This document shows positions 37,590 to 52,300 of a stretch of 64,000 nt of DNA, in pieces. The stretch comes from Takakia lepidozioides (lineage: Eukaryota; Plantae; Bryophyta), in contig CM060734.1 of NCBI GenBank assembly GCA_030704615.1, positions 26,102,001 through 26,166,000 of the forward strand, read 5' to 3'. The notes beneath the pieces were generated by a model that made no database searches, had not been told where the DNA came from, and saw only the letters and a program-made list of their open reading frames with translations. Positions within the stretch are counted from its first letter, which is position 1. Each line of letters opens with the position of its first letter. The position numbers and the translations under genes are program-made.

Positions 37590-40500
37590 CAGTAGATATA
37601 GAAATTATTCCCCAGTACTTGCAACAATTGTTTGATTTGCCATCGGGTCATGTGGATGTGGATGAGCACAGGGCAAGATTGCAGATAGGGAATTTGTTCC
37701 AAGAAGGGAGTTTCTTTAAGACTCAAGGTTACGATTGTACCAAAGCCAAGTACCCAAGGCTCAGAGAAGTTGGCCAAATATTGAACGTTCTGTTTGCCAT
37801 GAAACAGAACCAACAATATTTGAGCAGGTCATTCACAGAGGAGATCACGAAAGCTTTGAGGGGAGAGGATGTAGCTTGGGCAGAGTTAATGTACAATGGT
37901 CTGGTGGAAGAGATGAATAGGTTACAGGGCACTGCTGCTAAGTCTCCGATCATTGTGTCTAGTCCAGTCATTGCCCAAATCATTCTTGACTCTTGCATAC
38001 TTGATACTCGGGAACGTAAGGAGATGGGAGTGTTTGAGGCAGTAACCACTGCAATTGAAGAGCAGGGCTCTTCACATAGTGAGGGTGGACTGGCAGGGCA
38101 ACACCAGTCTAAGAGACAGAAGCGGGGTATGACTGTAGTGGCGGATCCACTGGCTTCACGAAAACCGCAAGATGATGTTTCCCAAGCTCTTGTGCAGGAT
38201 GGGGCACAGCAGCACATAGGGCTGTTATTATTGGAAGCACGGCCTTCAGAGAAGGAAGAAGAAGTCACTTCCGTACCACAACCATCACAGCCAGTTGACT
38301 CAGTTGTCTCAAAGGTTCCACAGTTAGAACATGCTGTGACACCACCCCCAATTGCTCTGGACGGAAAAAGGTTGGACATTCCCACTACAGAGCATGTCAT
38401 GGTAGAAATTGAGAAGGGTGACCTTCTCTATGAAAACTCTGGCTTGGTAAGGGAATTAGTGGTTCCAGAGGTGCAGAGTTTGTCCAGGGAAATGCCTGCT
38501 GTGCATGTAATACCCACACCTGTGACGGAGGTACCAGGGGTAGAATATAAGGACACTGCAGCACCTGTGGAGGATGAGGTGGTTCAGGAAGAGGATCTGG
38601 TGGGGCAATGGCCTGAATGGTTGGTGAAGCATCACACTGTGGAAGATTAGGGGGAACAACAGCAAGTTCACCATGATGACCCCTAGCAGGCCATGCTTAT
38701 GAGTTCCATAAGCATGACACTCAATTTGTTGGGCACTTATGTGAAATCCCATGTTCCATCTACCCAATTGGCAGCTTTGAGGGAGGAACTCAGGAATGAG
38801 TTTGAGACTCGAATTGCCACTGAGTGTGCTAACAAGGTAGATGAGGAGGTCAATCTCAAGTTACAGCAAGAGTTGGAGGACACAAAGGCTGCCTTGCAGT
38901 TGGCTAAGGGACATTTGATTGAAGCAGGTCTCGAGTAGGACCAGTTGCATGAAGCACATAAGCAACAGTTATACCAATTGCAGGTGAAGCATGAGGGCAA
39001 GTTGCAAGAAGTGAACGTACTACATACAAAGTTGGAGGCAGTACATCAGAAGATGACCGTACAATGTGCTACACTCACAACTGCTCTAGAGCAAACTGCA
39101 TTAGAAGTTAACAGACAAAGGAAGAGATGTATGATGGCAGAAGCTGAGATAATAGAGCAAGGGAAACTCATTGTTGATTTGCAGGCTACAATCTGTCGCA
39201 ATGATAATACTTTCCAACAGTACAGACAGGTTGAGGGTGACCAGGAGAGGTACATCCTGGAGTTGCAACAGACAGTCATGGTCAATAGAAATGAACTCTC
39301 TGTGGCTAACAAGGCTTGGAAGGAAGCCAATAATCTGGCTACTGCCTATGCGGTTGAACCTCATGCAAAGCGCATGGAGGCTTTACATCAACAGTTAGAT
39401 GTGTACAGACTCACGGAGGAGCAGACTCTCAGGGGTGCCACACAGGACTTGGTGGATAACCACCTTATGCAGGTCTGGTTAGCACAAGGGCCGGTAAAAG
39501 GCAAAGCACCAAGGAAGCTCACCCAGGGCAAGATGAATGAGCTCAGATTGCAGGTGCAGAACATTGCCACAACTACTATAGACAATGTCTATAGTAGGAT
39601 AGCGGAGCTACAAGAGGATGTGGAAGGCCTGCAGACTCAAATGGATGACCTGAGTTCAAATATTGACAAGAGAGTCTTTGTTCCTGAGGAGCAGCTAATG
39701 GCTACTTATTTACATGCCGGGACTCTAATTTTTCAGTCTTCTTTGCAGGGGGTGCAAGAGATGCCAGTGGTACCAATACCACAGCAGATGCATGTGCAGG
39801 TAGCTGACCTTGTTGCTACTACAGCCAAACCACAACCTGAGGTATGGGGGGAGGCTGCTTTTAACCCACCTAGGACTCATGTTGCACGAGAGTACAGTCG
39901 GGCTATGATTATGCTCTTCAACCAAATTCCCATTGTGTTGGATTTGGCTTGGAAGGAATTTAGTCCTCCGCAGTCGTTGGCACATTACTACCAGATCATG
40001 CGCATTTGGTTGCCAGTGGCAACTTGGACTAAGGTTCTTCCGAACAGTCGACCCATTGAGGATCATCACTTTGCAAGGTACTGGTCTGAGGCAGGTACCA
40101 TGCTGAAGGAATTAATTGCCTTCCAGGTTGTATATGGGTACATCTATACCAAGACCAATGATGTATCTAGTATTGTCATGGACTGTGGATTATACTATGC
40201 TGCTTGTTTTATGGCACGTTATCACATTGAGCAGCAGAAGATGCAATCACGATTTCTGAGTTATTCTAGTGGGGATCATTGGGTCTTACCTTCAGTGCCA
40301 CCTCATATGTACCTATATGATGCGAAAGTTATGATGCAGAAGGATTCCCAACTTCGTTCATGGTTTAATTCGGCTTGGAACAATTTGGCAACACAGAAAT
40401 TTGGCCCTGAGGATATTTTCTTTAAGGGACATGAAGCCTGGAAATACTTACACTGTTCCAAAGTCATTGGCACACCTCTTACCTATACGGCTAAGAGTTC

Positions 40501-40885
40501 AGGGCGTTCACTAATTTTGCTTGCAAGCGCTTACAGCAAGTCGTACAGTTTAAACTTCCAGACATGGTGGGCCTACATTGTATGCCATGCAGGGATTCCC
40601 GAGAAGCCACTTAAAGTTCGGCCGTTAAAACACCTAAGGGGGGACGAGGATTCTGATACTACTGTTTCTTTAGAGGACTCTTTTGACATGGCAGAGGACT
40701 ATGCACTTCAGATGGCAGAGAAGAAACGACGGGGATCTCCTATGCCTGAGAGGTTACCTCGTTATCAGCCAAAGGAGGGTCAGACATTTCCAGGTAGTGC
40801 TCAATCATCTCCATCAGCCAGTGACATGACTCGGGCTCACACACGGAGCCCTTCACGAGACTCTCACCGACAGAATGGTGCTCGC
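37590..40885 (+). pseudogene. Large extra 3' ORF (coiled-coil), older copy
   Basis: Aligns throughout with 49540-52845; in-frame CAG>TAG stops. Confidence 0.8.
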
Positions 40886-41761
40886 TGTTAGAGGGCTGCT
40901 TGGGACTTAGACACTTTTACGGGATTTGTGGGGTACCCTTAATTTTTACACAGACTGAGACCAACAGGAGCCTTAGGGGTGACAGCAACAGGCTTTAGGG
41001 GGGGAGATACACAGCCCGACACAATCCAACACAGCCGACACAGTCAGACACAGCCGTCACAGCTTCGCACAGCCAACACAGCCCGTCACAGTCCGACACA
41101 GATACAGCCAGTCACAGTTCGGCACAGCTGGGGGACAGTTATCATTGGCAAGGAACGACATCTGAAAAAGGAACGTATACTACAGGGATGACGGTTAGTT
41201 AGGAAAGCAGTTAGAACAACTTGTAGGTAGATAAAGCGAAGAACGGGGACGTCTGGGGATCACTTCTTGGGGGGGGGGACTTCAGGCATCACGGCTTGGA
41301 AATGAAGGAAAGAGCGCATCTCTGAGTGAAAAGATGGAGAGCACGAAGTAGGAGAAGAGACGATCTGTTGATACTTGATGAATGCAAGCTGTAGAATTGT
41401 AATGTAGAGTAGATTAGAGACACCATGGCTTCAGCCTGATACTTGATGGATATTAATCTGATACATACTTCACACTGTCACACTGTGTAGAGAGACCTGA
41501 GTGAAGCTGTGGAATGAATGGATGAGCGGATGGAACCTGATAGATTTCTGAAGCAATCTGATACTTAATTGCAGACAGTAAGGTAACTCGCTAACATGAA
41601 TGCGGGAAGGAGTACAAATAGGAAACACCCCCATGATACACTAGCTATAGGTCATGACTGATTGATCTGAGCGGGCTGAGTGCTTAGAGATTTCCAACTC
41701 TTCTATCTTGGAGTTCCCACCTCGGATAGCGAAGGGACGGGTGAGTAAAAGCCGCTCGACA
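40886..41761 (+). repeat. 5' LTR with cacagcc minisatellite
   Basis: Highly similar to 52914-53930 except for minisatellite length. Confidence 0.95.
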
Positions 41762-41781
41762 TTTGGCGACCATACTGGGGA
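41762..41781 (+). promoter_or_regulatory. Primer binding site (tRNA-Arg-like)
   Basis: TTTGGCGACCATACTGGGGA directly after the 5' LTR, resembling the TGGCGAC..CTGGGG PBS of Tat/Ogre elements. Confidence 0.7.
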
Positions 41782-41854
41782 ACTAGGTCATGAACAACCA
41801 GATGTGACAGGCATCTGGTGGGATCATGGTGGTTGAAGAATTAAAGAATTTGAT

Positions 41855-42349
41855 GTGAATCAAATTCCCTGTGAAACTGAGAAGGAAAGATTGTCCAAAC
41901 GATTCTTTCAGAGGTTTTTGGAATTGCCAGACGGTTGTAAAGAAAACATTCTTAAAAGAGTGCATGATGCTGACCCTGAATGGGGTCTGGAGAAAAGAGT
42001 GATAAAGATTTATCAGGTGGCCTGTAGAGGAAGAGCACGTTGGTTACCAACACTGGTTTATGTGATAGCATTGCTATCCATTAAGCGAGTAGAGTTTGAA
42101 GGCTGGGAGGAAAGAAAGGTGAATGTTTATACTCATATGCATGAAGAGCTTGTACTGGTAAAGAATTGGATTCCAAAGGATATTCTGTGGATCAAACTCA
42201 CACCAAGAACAGCTTTCCAGACTTGTTTGCCATATGGGTATATGGTAACGGAGACTTCTTGTATAGCTAAGGGTGCATTGAAGCTTGAAAGAAACCCAGG
42301 CATATACGAGAGATATTACAGAAGAGAGTTTTGGTTATTGCCACATTAA
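41855..42349 (+). CDS. Extra ORF upstream of gag, unknown function
   Basis: 164-aa complex-sequence open frame between the PBS and the gag region. Confidence 0.4.
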   Translation: MNQIPCETEKERLSKRFFQRFLELPDGCKENILKRVHDADPEWGLEKRVIKIYQVACRGRARWLPTLVYVIALLSIKRVEFEGWEERKVNVYTHMHEELVLVKNWIPKDILWIKLTPRTAFQTCLPYGYMVTETSCIAKGALKLERNPGIYERYYRREFWLLPH

Positions 42350-42374
42350 AAGAAATGAAAGACATGGGACATGA

Positions 42375-45300
42375 GTGATGAAAGAGTCTAGACTCCAGAG
42401 ATATTCAACAAAAAGAGAAAGTTATCTGAAAGCTAATTATCCATATCTTTGGGAGAGAGGAATAGACATAGGGGAATCATCTGGACCTCTCACACCATTA
42501 AGATCAGAGAGTACATCACCCATACCGGAAGAACTAGAGTTGGATACCACTCCTTCTTTTTCTTTGCAAGAAAGATTAAGGGAATTGGTACGGGAAGAAG
42601 ATCAATCACGAGGTGAAAGATCTGAGGTACATCCCTGGATAAAAGATTTGACAGAAATCTTTGATAAGAGTTGGCATGGAACACCAAAAGCAGGAACTCC
42701 AGTTTCTGAAACGGAAGGTGAAGAAGGAGGAGAGGATGTGGCAGAGCCAACGGAGAGTTCAGACTCTCCAACACCATTACAGTTGAGTTACATGAGTGAA
42801 GAAGAAACCCAAGGGCAGAACTTGGAGGATGAAAATAGAGAGAAGAAATTGGAAGAGGAAGAGTATGAAGAAGTAGACCTAACAGCTGAGGTTGAGACTA
42901 CAACCAGGACATCCCAACCCGTTGGACCTGGATCAAGTGGAGCACTTGGATCACAGACCAACGAAGGTGTCGGCTCAGGGGGATCAGGCGGGCTGCTTGG
43001 ATCTGGCTCTGGGGGGACAGGGAGTGTGGGAAGTAGTGAAACTGGAGCTGGGAATACTGTGAATATGGTGGGGCCAGTAGCAGGGAGTGCTCAGGGGCTA
43101 CCACTTGGTGGGAGATCCACCACAATTACAATAGGTGCTAGGTGTAGAGATATTCTTACTTAGATAAAACTAAGCAAGAAAGACACTTGTTGCTTGAAGG
43201 GCTTGGACCAGCACCAGCAAGGGTGCCAGCACCTGTCAGTAGGCAGAAGGTAGGGCCACAGATGGCGTTACAACCAACACGGACAAAACCACATTTTCCA
43301 ATATATTCAGGAAAAGGGGATCCCGATGTACACATTAGCCAATTTGAGCACATATGTATAGTGAACAATGAGAATGGCGATGATGCCAAGATGAGATTGT
43401 TTCCTTGTTCACTTATCAAGAAAGCAAGTGAATGGTATATGCCAGATTCCCTGATAATCATTTCCTAACCTGGAATGGCTTGAATACAGCATTCCAAAAT
43501 AGGTTCAGGACAAGTAAAACTGAGGATGAAGTGTATGGAAGTTTACAACAGTTAAAGCAAAAGAAGCATGAAATTGTTGAGGAGTATATGGAAAAGATGG
43601 AATTGATGATGAAAAAGCTGGCAGCTGTACCAGCACCAGGTCTACAGAAGACTTGGTTTGTGAGTGGACTAAGACCAGAATTGCAAAAGAAAGTGGATAT
43701 GTTACCCCATAATACAGTGGAGGAGGCATTTGAAACAGCAAACAGAATTGAGCAATTAGGAATGCTCAGGAGAGAGAAAAGGGATGATGAGGACTCTGAG
43801 GATGAGGAAGAAGAGCAAGAGCTTAAAAGGAAGAGTAAGAGGAAGAAGAAGTTGAAGAGGGATAACTATGAGAAAAGATTAGAAGAAATCTTGAAGAAGT
43901 ATGCCACAGAGGCTGCAACACATTGGAGGAAGGGTGTTTGGTGTGCAAAGTGCTAGAATGAAGGCCATACCACCACTGAATGCCACATGAAGGAGAAACA
44001 CTGTACTATCTGTAAAATGGATAACCATTCTACTGAGAATTGTTACTACAACAGGAGGACAGCAGCAAGAGAACCTAGGCAAGTAAGGGTGCATCAAGTA
44101 CAGCCCCAGCCAAGAAGAAACAGTGATCAAGACCACTATGGAAGGCCTGGTGGTTATAACAATGGCATGGAAGGGAGAGGTAATCCAAGAGGGAATTACC
44201 AAGGAAATTCCAGAGGCAACTATCAGGGTAATCCAAGGGGGAATTACTAGCTAGGGAATCAGGATTACAGAAATAATCCAAGAGCATACCAAGGGCGAGG
44301 ACCCAATGGTGAAGAACTGTGTTACTATTGTAATCAGCCAGGACATCGCAAGGCAGCCTGTTCATTCTGGATTAGACACCAGAATGAGATGAGAGCTCCT
44401 GTGAATGAGGGCCCAGTGGTGGCAGCTCACATGGTTAGGCCATGTGTTGTACCAGAAGTAAATACAATGATAATAACAAGAAGCAAAGCCAAACTAATAC
44501 CTCCAATAGTTGAGGAAGATGATGATAATGAAGATGGCAGTGATGTGCCTGAAGATGATGAGGCTTGGAGAGATGAGAAGGAACTGCACAAGGAAGTGAC
44601 AGACACCATAAGGGAAATGCAGAAAAGTACTGATATTCCTGTGGCAGATTCCTCTGATTCTGATGGAGAAGAAGTGAGTGAGGATGAAAGGAAGAAAGAA
44701 GCTGCAGACATGCAAATTAATGAAGGGACTTTGGCTGAAGTAATATGCCAGACCAAAGCAGAGATTACCATTGGTCAGCTATTGGCTGTGGCACCTTATT
44801 GTAGACACAGGATGTATCAAGCAATCAATCGAATTGCCCAGGAGACAGGAAACACAGACCTGAACAGCAAGGTGACCAGTTATAATGTGAAGCCGGAAGG
44901 GCGAGAAACAGTCATGGACTTTGATGATTCTATGCCAGTAATCCAATTGAGAATTGGAAGCAGAGAACTAACTGATGTACTGATAGATGGAGGCTCTGGA
45001 GTAAATATCATGACAGACCAATTAAGGAAGAAGCTTGGTCTAAGTAACATGAAACCAGCCCCATTTACAGTAACAATGGCAGATCAAAGAAGTGTACAGC
45101 CATTGGGATTGATAAAAGGAGTTAAGATACAGATATAGAAGATGATCTTTATGATCACAGTAACTGTGTTGAAGATGGATGAAGTCATGGAGGCTTACTC
45201 CTTATTATTGGGACGTCCGTGGCTGAAACATGCCAGGGTAATCCATGACTGGAATTCTCAATTACTAACTGTGCATAATGGGATGCACAAGATACAAATT

Positions 45301-45710
45301 ACCACTAAGAAATCTAGCAGATTACCTGCTACGAGAAGACCTCGAGGGGTCAGGGAGTATGACTGGAGGGGAGGACTGGATGAGGAGCAGGAAGCTACTC
45401 TGTTCGGTGCACACCCAGAGTGGGAGCAGGTTGCAGAGATGCAGCAGGAAGGCCTAAGTTGTTTAAGAGGTATCTACTGTGGTGTAGTGACAGCAATACC
45501 AATTGAAGAGGAAACCAACAGTTACCCACCACATTTCTATGAAGAAAGAGAAGGAGAAATGGAAATCCTAGAGGAACCAGCCACTGTGAGTTTACAGGAT
45601 GAAGTGGTGACTAGTTGGACAATCACAGCTGATGAGCAGGTGAGAGAAGTGAATGTGGGAACTGAAGAGGAACCGAGGATGGTGAAGGTAGGAGCTGATT
45701 TGGAGCCATA
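42375..45710 (+). pseudogene. gag: gag and aspartic protease
   Basis: YSGKGDPDVHISQFE..LFPCSL..ASEWY capsid region, three CX2CX4HX4C knuckles (~43945, ~44000, ~44318), protease VLIDGGSGVNI and LLLGRPWL. Stops and one frameshift. Confidence 0.88.
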
Positions 45711-45732
45711 ATTCTTCGAGGAAGCTAAGAGT

Positions 45733-48430
45733 TTGTTCATCAAATACAGAGATGTATTTGCTTGGAGCTATGAGGATCTAAAAGGGATACCACCTGAGAT
45801 CTGTCCGCATAAGATTGAATTGGAACCAGGGTCAGTACCAATCAAACAGGCAAGGTACAGAATGAATCCCAACTATGCACAGAAGGTTGGAGAAGAGATC
45901 AAGAAGTTGGCTGAGGCTAAGTTTATATACCCAATAGAGTATACAACTTGGTTGTCACCCATTGTGATAGTTCCCAAGAAGAATGGTAAACTGAGAGTTT
46001 GTGTGAACTATAAGAAGTTGAATGCTTGCACGAAGAAAGATCCATTCCCCTTGCCATTCACAGAAGCAATATTGGACACTGTGGCAGGCCATGAGATGTA
46101 CTCATTCATGGATGGCTTCAGTGGTTATAATCAAGTGCAAGTGGCAGAAGAAGACCAGGGAAAGACAGCTTTCATCACAGACTGGGCTGCTTATGCATAC
46201 AAAGTCATGCCTTTTGGACTTTGTAATGCACCAGCAACCTTTCAGAGAGTGATAAGTGAATCTTTTCATGAGTATCTGGATGATTTCATGCAGGTGTTCT
46301 TGGATGATTTCAGTGTGTACAACTCTAAGAATGAGCACTTGCATAAATTGGAGTTATGTCTGGCCAGATGCAGAATGAGAGGTCTGGGCCTGAATCTAGA
46401 GAAGTGTACTTTCTGTGTGAATTCAAGGGTGCTCTGGGACACATTGTGTGTAAGAAGGGACTTCTTGTGGATCCCAGGAAGACAGAGGCCATTAAAGCCT
46501 CTCCACCACCAGTAAATGTTAAGAGTCTAAGGAGATTCCTTGGGCAAACCAGTTATTACAGAAGATTTGTTAAAAGGTATGCACAAATAGCAGCATCATT
46601 GAGCAAGCTTCTGAAGAAAAATGCAGTGTTTGCATGGACAGCTGAATGTCAACAGGCTTTTGAGGAACTTACATTGTCAGTAACAACTACACCTGTGCTG
46701 ATTAACCCTCACTGGCATGTAGTATTTCATGTTCACTGTGATGCCTCAGGAGAAGCGTTGGGAGCGGTGTTAGCCCAGAATGTTACAGGAAATATAGATT
46801 CACCTGTGTACTATGCTAGCAGGTTGATGAACAGTGCTGAAAGGAACTATAGCACAACTGAAAGAGAAGCACTAGCAATGATTTATGCAGTCAAGAAATT
46901 CAGGCATTACCTATTGGGAAGAAAGTTTATGTTTTATGTGGATCACCAGGCTCTGATATATCTGGTGAACAAACCTTTGATAAGTGGAAGGATAACGAGG
47001 TTGTTAATAATCTTGCACGAGTTTGAGTTCGAAGTTGTTTACAAGCCTGGCCGTTTGCATCTTGTGGCAGATCATTTGTCACGACTAACAACAGGAGAGG
47101 CCGCCACAGGAGTAGACGATCAGTTACCTGATGCGAGTTTATTTGTAATGGAGGTGCAAGGAAGTGCAGATGAATGGTTAGATTGGCAGTGGCCAATCAG
47201 ATACTACCTTACTCATGGTCAGTGCCCACCTAGTTATGGTAAGGAGCAGAGGAAGAGAATCGCTATCAAGGCTTTACCTTATACTATGGTAGGAGGCAGA
47301 ATGTATAAGCTAGGACCTGATGGAGTACTTAAACGATGCTTATACCACCATGAAGTAAATAAAGTTTTGGAGGAAGTTCATAAAGGAGTGGCTGGAGGTC
47401 ATTTTGGAGAAGAGACTACCAGTAGGAAGATACTACTTGCAGGTTACTGGTGGCCTACTTTGTTCAAAGATGTACACAAGTATTGTCAGAGTTGTGATGA
47501 ATGTCAGAGGCTAGGACCATTGCAGAGATCTGGGAAGATGGCTTTGCATCCTACGATGCCTACTGAACCATTTCAGAAATGGGGACTAGACTTTGTTGGA
47601 CCAATTAACCCACCAGCCAAGAATACACAGAACAAGTACATAATTACAGCCACTGATTATACTACGAAGTGGGTGGAAGCTAAAGCTTTGAGGGACAACA
47701 CAGCCAAGTCCACAGCAAGGTTCATGTATGAGAACATACTTACACGATTTGGCTGTCCCTTGGAATTTATCAGTGATCAGGGAAGTCACTTCATTAATGA
47801 GACCATTGAACTATTGACTAAAGAGTTCATGATTGTGCATAGGAAGAGTACAACGTATTACCCACAGGGTAATGGGCAGGCAGAGGCTACCAACAAAATA
47901 CTATGTACTATCTTGGCTAAGATAGTCAATGCAAACAGAACGGATTGGGATACAAAGCTGCTGACAGCTTTGTGGTCATACAAGACTTCATATAAAGTCA
48001 CCACTAAGTATACACCATTCCAATTAGTTTATGGTATGGAAGCTTTACTTCCAGTGGAATTCCTGTTACCTACCATGAGAACGGAATGGGGAAAGAGAAT
48101 GGAATTGCAAGATTCAATTAAGGTCAGGAAACATGAATTATACCATGTGGAAGAAGTACGTGCTGATGCAGCTGATAACATGACCAGAATTCAGATAAAG
48201 AGGAAGGAACAGTTTGATGAAGGCAAGTTAAAGACTTTTAAGACGAGAGATTTGGTTCTCTGGTTGCAGAAGAAGGGTAAGATTAAAGCTTCTAAGCTTA
48301 AATCACCATGGAAATGACCTTATGTCATACAGAAGATGTATGATAACAACACCGCTATGTTACAAACCATTAACAAAGAGATGCTGGGAAGAGTCAATGC
48401 CAATAAGTTGAAGGGGTACAGTGGTATCCA
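45733..48430 (+). pseudogene. pol: pol: RT, RNase H and integrase
   Basis: MDGFSGYNQ, MPFGLCNAPATFQ, FLDD; CDASG, YSTTERE, VDHQAL; H..GH..CDEC Zn finger, WGLDFVGP, SDQGSHF, GQAE. No archaeal-type RNase H and no chromodomain. Confidence 0.93.
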
Positions 48431-48564
48431 TGACAAACCATTGCAGCACGATTTGCATGTTGAAACACAGAAGCAGTCACGGGCTGCGCCAGTGATACCA
48501 ACGGAGTATGGAGCACTTGTCGCTAGGCCGAGCGTATATGACCAGGGCGGGCAGTACAAGCGCG

Positions 48565-48795
48565 ACACAACCTATCACAGCCCATCACAGTGTTGCACAG
48601 CCTATCACAGCCCATCACGGCACGACACAGCCCATCACAGTGTCACACAGCCTATCACAATCCATCACAGCGTGACACAGCCTATCACAACCTACCACAG
48701 CGTGTCACAGCCTATCACAGCTTAACCACAGTGCCACACAGCCTATCACAACGTACCACAGTATGACACAGCCTGTCACAGTTCAACACAGCCTA
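48565..48795. repeat. Minisatellite of (cctatcacag / gacacag) units
   Basis: Direct inspection; reduced in the older copy at about 37480-37510. Confidence 0.8.
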
Positions 48796-49308
48796 CTAGG
48801 GTTACACAATCCATAGGATCAGTGATAGGTGGACGTGGGATAACATCCGGAGAGTGGCCGGCGGAAAAGTGGACGGAGGCACGTTTAGAAATGGACACGT
48901 GGACGCCAGGGCGAGACACACAGCCGGACATGGATTGCAAGAGCGAGTGTCATCAAGGAAGAAGACAAAATTGGCCGTCAAAGTACCTACCCGGCACATT
49001 AACTTATTATGGGCCCATTAATGCATACAGGGAAAGGTAACGGAACCCTTTAAAAGTACCGAAAAGCGAAATCCATGTCACGTGTGCTATCCTAGTGGAC
49101 AGTCCAGAGTGGAAAATCCATGGAAGGGAATTAAATTACAAAACCAATCACACAGCCAACAGCCAATCATGAGCCAGAATTACCGGCAGAGGGTAATTTC
49201 CAAGAAGCGAAATCAAGAAAATGAAGGGATTCTGAGCGCAAGAGTCGGCGTCGTTCCAAGTAACGGGCGTCTCGTAGGAGAGACAATCAAAGCTATAACT
49301 CTGAAGCT

Positions 49309-52300
49309 ATGGTGGAAATAACAGACTACACGCTCGCCTTACTACTTACGCAGTGGCACAAGGACAGACGAACGGAGAGTACATTTTCTCTAAATCGTTA
49401 CTTGCAAGCCCCACAGGCTTATAAGCACTTACCCATTTCATTCTGCGCCAACCATACTTTTATGCTTTGTGCCCTGCAGGCCATGATACAATTTCTTCAA
49501 AACTTTGAGCCTCAGACAGGAGTTACTCAGGTGAGGGGAGTAGATATAAAAATTACTCCCCAGTACCTGCAGCAACTGTTTGATTTGCCATCAGGACATG
49601 TGGAGGTGGATGAGCACAGGGCAAGATTGCAGATAGGGAATTTGTTCCAAGAAGGGAGTTTCTTTAAAACTCAAGGTTTTGCTTGTACCAAAGCCGAGTA
49701 CCCAGGGCTTAGGGAGGTTGGCCAAATCTTGAACGTTCTGTTTGCCATGAAACAGATTCAACAGTATTTGAGCAGGTCCTTCACAGAGGAGATCCTGAAA
49801 GCTTTGAGGGGAGAGGATGTCGCTTGGGCGGAGTTAATGTACAACAGATTGGTGGACGAGATGAAGAGGTTACAGGGCACTGCTGCTAAGTCTCCCATCA
49901 TTGTGTCCGGTCCAATCATTGCTCAAATAATTCTTGATTCTTGCATACTTGATACTCGGGAGAGAAAGGACATGGGAGTGTTTGAAACAGAAACCACTGC
50001 AATTGAAGAGCAAGGCTCTTCACACAGTGAGGGTGGACTGGCAGTGCAACCCCAGTCTAAGAGACAGAGGCGGGGAAAGACTGTAGTGGCGGATCCACTA
50101 GCTTCACGGAAACCGCATGATAATGTTTCCCAAGCTCTTGTGCAGGAAGGGGCACAGCAGCACAGAAAGCTGCTACTATTGGAAGCAGGGCCTTCAGAAA
50201 GGGAAGAGGAAGTCACTTCGATACCACAGCCACCACAATCAATTGACTCTGTTGTTTTGGAGGCTTCACAATTAGTATATATTGTGGCATCACCACCAAT
50301 TGCTCAGGAAGGAGAAAGGTTGGACATTCCCACTACAGAGCAGGTCGTGGCCGAAATTGAGAAGGGTGACCTTCTCTATGAAAACTCTGGCTTGGTAAGG
50401 GAACCAGTGATTCTAGAGGTACAGCGGTTGTCCAGGGGAAACCCTGCTGTGCATGTAATACCCACACCTGTGACGGAGGTACCACAGGTAGAATATCAAG
50501 ACACTGCAGCACCTGTGGCGGATGAGGTAATTCAGAAAGAAAATCTGGTAGGGCAATGGCCTGAATGGTTCGTGAGGCATCACACTGTTGAGGATCAGGG
50601 AGAGCAGCAGCAAACTCACCATGATGACCCTCAAGCAGACCATGCTTATGAGTTCCATAAGCAGGACACTTAATTTGTTGGGCACTTATGTGAAATCCCA
50701 TGTTCCATCTACCCAATTGGCAGCTTTGAGGGAGGAACTCAGGAAGGAGTTTGAGGCTCGACTTGCCACTGAGTGTGCAAACAAGGTCGATGAGGAGGTC
50801 ACCCTCAAATTACAGCAAGAGTTAGAGGATACAACAGCTGCTTTGCAGTTGGCCAAGGAACATTTGATTGAAGCAGGCCTCGCGCAGGACCAGTTGCACG
50901 AAGCACATAAGCAACAGCTATACCAAATGCAGGTGAAGCATGAGAGCAAGTTGCAAGAGGTGAATGCATTATATACGGAGTTGCAGATAGTGCATGACAG
51001 GATGGCCATACAATGTGCTACACTCACAACTACGCTTGAGCAAACTACATTAGAAGTTAACAGCCAAGCGGAAAGATGTATAAAGGCACAGGCAGATAAT
51101 GTCGAGCAGACAAAACTCATTATTGATATGAAGAATACAATCTGTCGCAATGAGAATACTTTCAAGCAATATAGGCAGGTTGAAGCTGACCAAGAGAGGT
51201 ACATCCTGGAATTGCAACAAACGGTCATGGCCAATAGAAATGAACTCTCTAGCGCTAACAAGGCTTGGAAGGAAGCCAATAATCTGGTTGCTGCCTATGG
51301 GAGTTTGGTTGAACCTCATGCGAAGCGCATGGAGGCTTTACAGCAGCAGTTAGATATGTACAAACTCAGAGAGGAGCAGACTCTCAGAGGTGCCACAACC
51401 AACTTGGTGGATAACCACCTTCTGCAGGTCTGGTTAGCACAAGGACCGGTGGAAGGCAAAGCACCACGGAAGCTCACCCAAGGCGAGATGAATGAGCTCA
51501 GACTGCAGGTGCAGAACATTGCCACAACTACTATAGACAATGTCTATAGTAGGATAGCGGAGCTACAGGAGGATGTAGACGGCCTGTAGACTCAGGTGGA
51601 GGACCTGACATCAAATATTGACAAGAGAGTCTTTGTACCTGAGGAGCAACTGATGGCTTCTTATTTACAAGCCAGAACTTTAGCTTTTCAGTCTTCTTCA
51701 AAGGGGGTGTAGGAGATGCCAGTGGTACAAGAGCCAGTGCTACCAAGTGACTGTGATAGTAGCTGACCCTGTTGTTACTACAGCCACACCACAGCCGCCA
51801 CAGCCTGAGGTATGGGGGGATGTTGCTTTTAACCCACCTAAGACACCTACTGCACGAGAGTACAGTCGGGCTATGATTATGCCCTTAAACCAAATTCCCA
51901 TTGTGTTGGATTTGGCTTGGAAGGAATTTAGTCCTCCACAGTCGTTGGCACATTACTACCAGATCATGCGCATTTGGCTGCCAGTGGCAACTTGGACTAA
52001 GGTTCTTCCGAATAATCGACCCATTGAGGATCATCACTTTGCGAGGTACTGGCATGAAGCAAATACCATGTTGAAGGAATTAATTGCCTTCCAAGTTGTA
52101 CATGGGTACATTTATACCAAGACCAAGGAGGTAGCAAGTATTGTCATGGGCTGCGGGTTATACTATGCTGCTTGTTTTCTGGCACGTTATCACATTGAGC
52201 AGCAAAAGATGCAATCGCGATTTCTGAGTTATTCCAGTGGGGATCATTGGGTCTTACCTTCAGTGCCACCTCATATGTACTTATATGATGCAAAAGTTAT

